From Catajapyx aquilonaris (Eukaryota): a DNA stretch of 64,000 bases. Positions within the stretch are counted from its first letter, which is position 1; each line of letters opens with the position of its first letter. Location of the stretch: positions 1 to 64,000 of the forward strand of contig KZ538219.1 in the NCBI GenBank assembly GCA_000934665.2, written 5' to 3'. Of this stretch, positions 1 to 64,000 are shown in pieces. A program made the translations under genes and the position numbers. The notes beneath the pieces are model-generated. The model saw only the letters and a list, made by a program, of their open reading frames with translations, was not told where the DNA came from and did no database searches.

Positions 1-982
1 CATCGGTTGCGTATGTTTCCCTGATTTTAGCCCTTCTTATTAACATTCCAATTCTAGACTCTCATTTGATTAGCAAGTCGCTTCATTTCCACCTTAAGAG
101 TCTTCTTATCCAGGATCGAACTCCACCACAGAAGCTGGTTCAAAAACATTACCTGCAATTAATACTTGCGAAACTGGCCGCTCCATCTCTCTTAATGATG
201 CACGTGCTATCACTTGCATCATGCAGTGCCATTTGCACATCAGAAGGTGGCCTTCTGATGTGCAAGTGCCATTTGCCACAGCAATTTATCACTCAGGCTT
301 CACTACCGATAATAACGTTACATTTAACCAGAACGTACTTACCATCCAATAAATCCTCAATCTGATGTAACTTTTATGTGATTGGCAGCAATTGAGTGGT
401 GGCAGCAATCGATGACCATTTACCTGCGACGCAACTGCATGACAGGTTTTATGTAGAGCAAGAATCTCTGCATGCCTTTTCTACTCCACAGCATGAAGGG
501 TACGAGCATTACGGGTATGCCCAGGTAATAAGAACTCATCAACGAACTTCTTCAGACAGTCTTTATTTGAGAGGACTGAATCTGAGCAGAATTTTTAAAT
601 GGGCGGGCCCAATGAAGGGTATGAGTGCTCCACCGAAACACTGCCCAAGTTAGTATAAATATTTCAATTACAGTAGCAGCCATGACCCAATCATGTACTG
701 CGCTTCACAAATGGACATGGACAAACCGGGTGAACGACTACAATTCCCTTGAAAATCAAGTGTCACATTATGTGGGAGGGAAGGGAGGGTAACATTACAA
801 CTGGTCAACTCACACGGGAGGGGGGGCAATAATTGCTAACAAGTCCCATTCTTTCCGAAACACTTCCGACGTCGCTTAGCCACCTGCACACCCGGAATGC
901 TTTGCGCTCCTGCCAACAACAAAAATAGCTCTTCCTCTTCACAGCCCATTGGTCACACTGCTGGGTATTACTCACACCTTTC

Positions 983-1015
<33 letters not shown>

Positions 1016-2438
1016 GACTGCCTAAACTCGCACACAACGAAGTACAGGGAATGAAACATCAAAGTCCAGTGACATCTACCACTGCAGAAAAGATTTAGGA
1101 TCCCATTCAATATTTGGCTGGTTCAATTAGAAGGAAGAAAAACGAACTGAGCGTAACTCGTGGTTTCCGCAAAACTAGTGGTAGGCAAACATACAACAAT
1201 CGTCCTCCCTCTCGCGTGATATGTGTAGGGGTTTTTTTTTTTTTTCTTCTTCTTTTGTTCAATTCCAACACTTGGACACAGTGGACAGACTTGGTAAATG
1301 CAAAACATTACAAAGGAAAGGAACAATGCTGCACGTCAAAAAACTTATCAAAAATATCTTGGTGTACGGAAGGAAATAAACAGTCCAATGTCTCCTTAAC
1401 TGAGCTGCATGTAAAGCTTACGAGGGCAAAAGAATCACACCAGCTGGAGGTCAGACATTATTCTACTTCAGTTGTCCTGCAAGTCTCTTGAATAAATTAC
1501 AATGGCAAGAAGATCAGACACGTGGAAGTAACGCCTATTAGATGCGTTCCATAGGTGAGTGCTCATTGGTTCACTGCTATAAATTCATACTGCATGCTCC
1601 AACTCTTCTACAAAGCTAACTGCAACTGAACCAATCAGCAAATTTGATTACAAATTCTTCTTCTGACAATTTACACCTCGAGAAACACACGTAACCTGCG
1701 TCACTTCTCGTGCTTTTTTGGAATTCTGGACACAAACATTCCTTCAAAATACCTTTGAGACAACTGGTATATGTTGAACACCTCACAGATAAAAAGGCTT
1801 ATCACTAATTACCTAGGGAAGTACTTATGGCTATTACATGCACATAAGCACAGTTATACATTTCCAATTATTATTTTTTTTCTTCTCCTTTTTTTTTCTT
1901 CTCCTTTTCGGCACCAATAGCTCGTCAGAAACAGTAGAATTCCTCCTTGGCCATTAAAGGTTGGGCAACGAGTGACACCAGTTGCTCAACAGTTAAAACA
2001 GACTCGTATACATACATAAAAAATATAGTCATTTATATCTCGTATATTATATAGTCGTGATAAATTGAAGACAAGGGCGTTGCTTGCTAGTTCACTTATG
2101 TTCATGCAGTGTAGAAATGTGTGTATCACATAATTCCTGGAGGGAAACCTAACGAGCGTTTCCACACATATGAAACAGAATAAAAACACACGGGAGGTGT
2201 CCTGCCCAGCAGAGCAACACTCGAGTCAGGGAAACAAAATCGCGAGGAAGATCCAGTAGTTCCAAGTCCAGATTGGCAGAAGGAATCCAGAGCTGGGAGC
2301 ACTAATACTTTGTTTTTCCGGAAAATGGCTAGAATGATCCCACACACGCGCATTCTCTCCCTCTCACGCTCTCTCCACTTTTTAAACACACATGCACACA
2401 TGCAGAATTCAGATGGTCTTGCATTTGACGGCTGCCTC

Positions 2439-33539
<31,101 letters not shown>

Positions 33540-34779
33540 CTTCACTTGGTCTTTTTTCCCTTTCGTTTCTAGTATAGGCACTACGATACCCGTGACATAA
33601 GGCACTGTGTGGAACTACATGCAGTGCACGTAAATTTGGAAGCTTGGAAGTGCATGGCAGTTACAAAAGGCACTGAATGAATAATCACATTGATAATAAG
33701 TGTGCAAAAATAAAATCAAAAAAGAAACGAAAGGGAACATCAAAGCAACGCTACCTGAAAGCAGAATGCAAAACATCAGCAAACAACAACATGCAATCAT
33801 GCAAAATAATCATAACTTTGGAAACACAAATGTGGCCAGACAAAAAAAATAATCTTCGATACATGTAGCAAGTTGTAAAGTGTCAGTTGGGCAAGTTTTT
33901 ACTGTAAATGTGCACTCAAAAATTGAGATATGTGATGGCCTGTTATTCCAATTCCCTTCCTTCGAAAGCGATACTTCAGCAACTTTTACAACCAACAGTG
34001 GTGCTTGACTAACATCCTCCTCCAAACCACTGTAAAAATAAAACCGTCCGCATGGCATCTGCACTGGAATCACCAGGAAGCGGTTGAAAATAAATTTAAA
34101 ACCCCTCTGGTAACGACCAGTTCCAAAGTGATGAGGAATGTGTGGCTCCCTAGGTCTCCCAGAGGCTGCCAACGACCTGGCTGGGCGAACATGACAGCTG
34201 TCCACAGTAGGCTTGTCCACTCCCATGCATGACCCACCTTTGACCCTCGCCCCTTCTGTTTGGAACCCGCCCGCCTGGCCCGCCCTCCCCACCCAACAGG
34301 CGCAACAGGTGACATGTACTCGGCCGGCCTTCTTCCCCTGCCTGCCGGCCCCCCAACTGACCGCCCCAATGGGTACCCACTCCGGCCTCGGGGCAGGGAT
34401 CGGTATGGGACACCTGAGGGCGCTTACATGGTTGGTGCGGTGCATTGTCCCCCAACAGCGGCCATACTTCTTCAGCGGCCCCTGATCCTTTTCCAGGGCT
34501 ATTTTTTTTCTTCCTTTCTTTTTTTTCTTTCCTTCTTCTTGAGACTGGGAGGGAGGAACCTTCGACTGTACCAGCCTGGTGTGGCCGGTAGAGGGGGGCC
34601 GGACACGTGGCGACACCTCTCCTCTAGGGGTGGACACCAGGATAAGGGAGGCGGGAATTCAAATCGACTACAACTGGTAGGGGCACAATGCTTTTATTTG
34701 ACAACAAAGTATTTACTATACAAATAACGAAAAGGGTAAGAAATAACGGCGACATCAACCTAAACAAATGTAAACATAC

Positions 34780-34850
34780 CTTCAGTATAAAACTGCCGAG
34801 AACCTGTTAGGCTGTGATCACTCATGTGACTGTCCGCAAGAACGACATGC
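34780..34850 (-). promoter_or_regulatory. Candidate 5'UTR first exon / promoter of the CDK gene
   Basis: Donor AAG|gtatgt at 34780/34779, just downstream of the FBXO7 polyA signal. E-box-like CATGTG near 34823. The 5' boundary is approximate. Confidence 0.4.
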
Positions 34851-35023
34851 GCTATTGTTATGAGATTAATCCCCATAGCGGCGGCTATGAAAACCGGTGG
34901 CTACATTGGATGTACAACCAGAATAAATCATCATGTAATACCTGCTCGATGCTCTGAATTAAATTAGCACAGCTGCTGTTTATTTCCTGAGGTATTTTCT
35001 TCACCTCAAAAATTTGGCAAAGT

Positions 35024-37641
35024 TCAAAAAAATCCAGGTGCCCAGAAGAAGGGAATTTCTCCTTCAGGGAGAAGGTGTGGGGATTCCCTGAACCAGTGGC
35101 GTGGTGGGCCTGGTGGTTGCTGGGGGTCCAGGAAGCCTCTGGGTGGCCTCAGTGGATTCAAGGGGTCAATAACCCCACCAGGCTGGAATGGACCGCCTTC
35201 GGCAAGAAAAAGAAGCTTATTAAAAGTCCAACTTCTGCCGAAGAGTGTCAATTAACACTAACAACGGCTCTATCTGTATGTTTAAAAAATGCCCATGTGG
35301 ATAACTCCACATAGAATTACACAGGCCGGATTTAAAAAAAAAGTCACAAATGTTAAAGCAAGCAAAATGACTTTTGTCTGTTACTCTACCTGGGACAGGT
35401 GGCCCAAAATAATCATCAAGTGGGTCGAAAGGGATGGGAAAAAGCTGGCACCTGCTCCTGGTGTCTGCCACCCTTCTCTCATAGCATCGCTTGTACTCTG
35501 TCCTCCAGTTGATCTGCAGCCCTCCCCGAGCTCCACCCAGCAGTACCTCGCCTTGCCTGGGAAATTCCCTAAGCATGAGCTTCTTCCAGAGGGACTGGTC
35601 CCTGACCAGTGTGGCCATCTCGCTGCAGGTCCTCCCCAGGTTGACCAGGGTGCGAACGTCCATGTATCCAGCTATTCTCAGCGTCACCTCTGCAGCGAGG
35701 CCTTCCCAGCAATTGGCAGCCCGGCCATGGGTTGCACGTACAACCCCCGTCATGAGGGGGTCAGACACTGCATTTTTGAAGCGGGTTGCAAGGAGGCGCA
35801 GATCACGAAATATTTGGGGAGTTGTCGCTGCTAAGGAGGGATCCAACACATGGTCTGCAGGGTCCAGTTGTAGTGTGGCAGGGGATTCAAGCACTGGTGA
35901 CGTCCCATGAACCAGCAGAACCTTATCAATTTTGTAATAATAATTAGTCATGTAATTCTAGTGTAGGCTGAAGCTTGATTGTGATTTAGTTACTGCAGGT
36001 GTATCACGCAAGTGCAGTGTGGCGGGGAGGTTAAATCAAGGGTCAAATGGTTTACCTTTCCCATCTTGACCACCACTAGAGTTGCCAATTGGCGACAGCA
36101 CCATGGAGTGTACTCCAAGCGGTAGGTTCCATTCCCCTTCCACCTCGGATCGGCCAGGCAAGCATGGAGGCGAACATTTCTTACATCAAATCGAGTGACA
36201 GTCTCTCTTTCACATGCTTCAGGCCTGCAGTCTTCAACAGCATATGGCACAAATCCTGTCTCCAGCATAAGCACATGCATGGCTACAACGGCTATGTCTG
36301 CTGGGGTCACAGCATATCCTTTACGAGTGGCCTGGTCCACTGCATTCCAGAGAGGTTCTGGGAGGGCGTCAACGGTGGACTCTGACACAGTGAGGAGCTC
36401 TGACATGTATCGATTGACGCGACATGTGTCCTGATCGCACATGGCTGGCATGGTGCGAGGTCGCTTTCTGGAGGTCAAGCGGGCATCAGGGATGTTGATG
36501 ACATACAGGATGTCCCCACTCACCACATGTAAGGTTGACAGTTCGATGTCGTCACTTTTGGATAGCAGAGGTGTTGTTCTGTTCTGGCTAAGCTGGTATG
36601 GCACCCTGTAAATTTCATGCATTGGTCATCAACAAAATACAGTAAAACCTCTATACAATGCTCCTGCATATAACGCTTTTCTGCTTTTAACATCCTTTTT
36701 TTCCAGTCCCTTGATAATATCCAGAAGGTAAATTTTCCCACATATAACGCTACTTTCGGGCGATCCCTTGAAGAGCATTATATCGAGGTTTTACTGTAAT
36801 TATGATAGTGTAGTCCTATTTAAAAATTGTAACTGTATGTACTATACTATAGCTAGAGCTGTCAAAATATTAAAATCTCAAATCCAGTGTCTCCTATAGG
36901 CAGGTACAGGAAATACTCATTTTACGCTGTTAATTGGTTCCAGCAAAATGTGGCGTAAAGCGAATCAGTGTAATACGAGACAAAATTGTAAGTACAGTAA
37001 ATGAGATGGGTTCCAAAATTTCCAAAAATTTTCCTTAGGCAGTACTAATATTGCTGTTTTTAATGCCTAATATTTGAAATATTGATTAATGGGAGGTTGC
37101 ATGTAGAGGGCCATCAGATTCTGAAAGCTCCTTTCCTTATTTTGGCAAGAACTGCAGTACAGGTTGGGTATTTAACAACCGTTCGAGTACTTCGGGGAGT
37201 GCCAAGACCACCAATACGATACCGGTACTGTATGTATCGATAGAACTTGCCACAAGGAACCACAAAGAACATAAGAAGAGCCTTTACGGTTGTGTGTTTG
37301 GATGTTAAGAAGTGCTGCAGTGATATGTTTAGATCGTGTTATCTACAAATTCTTCACAAAAATTCGATAAAACAATATCAAATGTAATTTTAAAACCAGC
37401 GTTAATGTGAAACAGCGTAAAACAGGTACTTCCTGTGTATTACATTAATGACCTAATTTCCAAGCACGAAGTAACAAATTTGACAAGAATATAAAAGTGC
37501 AACATACTCTGTGAGGTCCAACTCAGCAGCCAACCACTCATCGATCTTGACCTTAACCTTCCTGACAGTAACTGGCTCCTCGTCGGGCACAATCACAACA
37601 AAGGCCTGGTCTACTTGCACCACTTTCACACGGTACTTCAT
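35024..37641 (-). CDS. FBXO7: F-box only protein 7-like (Ubl, FP/PI31-like, F-box, Pro-rich C-terminus), ~462 aa, 4 exons
   Basis: Exons 37641-37508, 36605-36056, 35921-35390 and 35196-35024 (1389 nt, phase-consistent). Ubl end LSTLHVVSGDILYV; FP-domain motifs DIAVVAMHVLMLETGF, WKGNGTYRLEY and FRDLRLLATRFKNAVSDPL; F-box GLAAEVTLRIAGYMDVRTLVNLGRTC...LWKKLMLREF; Pro-rich tail. AATAAA on the minus strand at 34984-34979. Confidence 0.88.
36640..36796. mobile_element. Tc1/mariner-pogo-type MITE in an FBXO7 intron
   Basis: TA|cagtaaaacctctatacaatgctc ... gagcattatatcgaggttttactg|TA. Confidence 0.75.
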
Positions 37642-38129
37642 CCTTCTCGGCTGCCTCTCCTCCTCACCCTCCTGTGGCAGACCTGCAATGCAAAATGCTT
37701 TATCATTATTCGTGAACATCACTGTGATTGTGACATTGCGCAAGGTGTCACTTCCCACATCATCGTGACATATCATTGCTCATCAGTCTGTGTCACATGT
37801 GCATTGTAGTTAACCTCTAGTCTTTTGCAAATGGTTGTGCCCACAATGTGTGGCTGGCTTACACCCAATGAGATAATACCTGACTGCTACAGAGAGGTAT
37901 TGCAACACATGGGATCTGGAGGGAGATACCCAGAGGAATCCAGGGGCACCACAGGGTTGTCCTCTGGCCCCCACCAGACTGAGGGAAGTCTTGCGGTCCA
38001 CACACAAGTGATTTGGAGAGGCCAAATAAAGTGAGGTAGGCCAGCAGCGCAACAATCGAAGTGATTACCTCGTTTGTTGTTTTGATGAGCAGGTGATACG
38101 ACGGGGTTGCCAACTCTCATGTGCGTCAT

Positions 38130-38431
38130 TTCATTTTAACCTCCACTTTTAATGTGTCTCGCTGCTGTAAGACTCATAAGGACGTTGAGTTGCTTATATG
38201 TCTCCGAAACATTTGTAAAATATGTTGGATTTAAATGCAATGTTGCCCAATGGCAGGAGTCACACTGAGCCACCAATCGTTCTATCCCATTGGTTGTTAA
38301 CACTGACCGTCTCCAGCTCAGCCAATCAGAGCCTGTTCGTGATTGCCCCCTAGAGCAAGCCTAGAGTGTAGTGTAAATGCTTACAATGGCGTCTGGTTTG
38401 TGGTAGAAGACTTGGGCACGTGGTGAACGAA
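38130..38431. promoter_or_regulatory. Bidirectional promoter shared by FBXO7-like and IMP4
   Basis: The genes are divergent, with start codons <800 bp apart. CCAAT boxes lie at ~38273 and ~38322, a reverse ATTGG at ~38289, and an E-box CACGTG at 38417-38422. Confidence 0.55.
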
Positions 38432-39715
38432 ATGGTAATGATATTCCCTCATTTTAAGGCCAATTAAATTATCCCCATCATGGTGATGCTTTTATGCATA
38501 AGCGGTAGGCACTGATGAAGCATTAGCAATTATGCAAATGCGTAAAATATGGCATGTCCATACTGTATGCTGGATTCCAGGTATGTCTGCCTGTACCCAC
38601 CAGATCACCTAACTTGCACTTCTTTCCGAAAGTATGACCGGCTTATGACATGCCTATGCTACATTCCAACAGCTTCGTCGGCAAGCCCGTCTCCGGCGGG
38701 AGTTCATCTACCGCAAGTCTCTGGAGGAACGGCAGCGTAAGATTCAAAACAAAAAGGAGCGTTTGAAGCAGGCTGTGGAAGAAGATAGGGTCCTTGACAC
38801 TGACCTGCGGCGGCGTGCTATTGCCCTCCAGAAATCCATTGACTGGGAGGACGGAGGCGCCTCTCTGGCTGCTGTCATTGGGACCGATGACGTTGATGAC
38901 GAGTACAGATGGGCCGGAGTGGAGGATCCCAAAGTGGTGGTGACCACTTCCAGAGACCCATCGTCACGGCTTAAAATGTTCTCCAAGGAACTGCGCCTCC
39001 TGGTTCCAAATGCACAGCGCATCAACCGTGGTAATCATGACTTGAAAGAGCTTCTGAAGGCGTGTGCAGCCAACGACGTGACTGACTTCATCATGCTAGA
39101 AGAGCACCGGGGTGAGCCAAGCTCCCTGATTATCAGCCACTTGCCTTATGGCCCCACTGCATACTTCAACATGTCAGACGTAGTCATGAGACACGACATT
39201 CCTGGATTGGGGACCATGTCGGAGCAGTATCCGCACCTGGTGTTTCACAACTTCAAGACCAAGTTGGGGAAGAGGGTGATGAGCATACTCAAGTTCCTCT
39301 ACCCAGTGCCCAAGGAGGACAGCAGGAGGGTCATCACCTATGCAAACCATGACGACTACATATCCTTCCGCCATCACAACTACAAGAAGGTTGAGGGCGG
39401 GAAGGACGTAGAGCTGAACGAAGTTGGGCCTAGGTTCCAACTCAGACGTAAGTTTGGTTCAACTTGGTTGCTATCTTGTAAACCTAGTTGTTTTTTTTTG
39501 GAATGAACCTTTGCTTTGTGACAAAAGTTTCTGAACCTGTCCTGTATCTTCCAGTATTCAAGCTCATCCAAGGCACAGTTGACCAAGAAGATTCTTCCAA
39601 CGTCGAGTGGGTGCTGCGGCCCTACATGAACACTGCTCGTAAGCGACGCTTCCTCTCTGCTGACGATGGCTGGGATGGAGAATCATCCGCGTTACAGTCT
39701 GCAAATGAACTTTAA
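38432..39715 (+). CDS. IMP4: U3 small nucleolar ribonucleoprotein protein IMP4 (Brix domain), ~312 aa, 3 exons
   Basis: Exon 1 contributes only the ATG (38432-38434, followed by gtaatg). Exon 2 is 38673-39447 (LRRQARLRREFIYRK...DDEYRWAGVEDPKVVVTTSRDPSSRL...ELNEVGPRFQL). Exon 3 is 39555-39715 (LFKLIQGT...VEWVLRPYMNTARKRRFL). Total 939 nt; sigma70-like EVGPRF motif present. Confidence 0.95.
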
Positions 39716-40605
39716 AGAAAAACACCATGGTAGCCTATCAAAATATCAAATGTTTATTAGTGGAACTTGATTACAGCAACTTGGATATGAGGCTCAATTT
39801 TGCAGAGCCCTCGTCATAATAATAATCAACTCTGTAAATTACTCTATACATTGCATATTGTCGCGCCAAAAAAAAGCCATAGAATAATAAACCTTTGAGA
39901 GCTACCGTACCTTAATAGTATTATTTTTTCTCTTCCTCAGTGTGGCCGTATGTACAGATGACAAGATAATGCTGTACACAAAATTTGAGTGTTTTTTAAA
40001 ATAAAAAAAGACCACTGCCACTAACTACACCAATAATTTATACAGTTCGAACTGGGTACCGCTTATTGTCTGTAGGGGGGAGTTCAGAAGCAGTCCGTGT
40101 CCCCCCAACTGGTTGCATGTTCTTTGGTTGCGTGGTTGTTGTTTTGCACAGGCGGCAGTGGATGTCAAGTGTTAGTGTTTAGTGTTCAGAAAAGGGACGA
40201 GCTCCTGGGATATGCAGATCAGGTACACACTCCTGGGATAACAGTTCTTTTGTACAACACCCTGGCAACCATGCACCCGGAGCTAAATCGTGCTTGGGGA
40301 GGATGAAAATGAAAAACGAACCCGATCACATTTTTCGAGGCACTTCTTGATTTAACAGCTTCTCCGGAAACTCTTTAACATCCTCCTCCAGCAAATAGAA
40401 TCCTGATAAAATCAACAATGATGACAATGAGATCTATCCTATAAAATAACAAGCTGATTGCCTTCTTTTTTAAGTAGAAACAGGAATAACTTGTTAGCTT
40501 CAACAATTAACACCGCACTCGTGTTTTCCAGGCGCAAGTCTCGTAAGTGGCACTGTCCCCGATCCTCGATTTAAATGCAACTGCTTTCTATTGCTGATCT
40601 GGTCG

Positions 40606-64000
<23,395 letters not shown>

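Noticed and set aside
33810..34727. Overlapping 100-275 aa ORFs in a GC-rich patch
   Set aside because: No recognisable domain. ORFs in several frames on both strands reflect GC content; probably intronic or repeat-derived.

Overview
Eukaryotic (animal, probably arthropod) genomic DNA with spliceosomal GT-AG introns and one 334-N assembly gap. Four protein-coding genes can be reconstructed exon by exon with consistent splice phases. (1) A PCTAIRE-family kinase (CDK16/17/18 co-ortholog), minus strand, CDS 33539->2439, with a ~26 kb intron. (2) An FBXO7-like Ubl-FP-F-box-Pro-rich protein, minus strand, 37641->35024. (3) IMP4, plus strand, 38432->39715, head-to-head with FBXO7. (4) A MAGI scaffold (PDZ0-GuK-WW-WW-PDZ1-5), minus strand, running from beyond 64000 to 40606. 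The large introns contain many hairpin/MITE-type elements, a SINE-like fragment and several splice-phase-compatible alternative exons. The most notable are a MAGI alternative first exon encoding MLRRLCCCCCCCP (candidate palmitoylation anchor replacing PDZ0), two tandem MAGI exons that both begin G-x-x-Y-G-T-P (candidate mutually exclusive GuK exons), and an internal first exon of the PCTAIRE kinase. There is no prokaryote-type system (CRISPR, operon, etc.). All isoform claims are inferred from splice signals and frame only and need transcript data.
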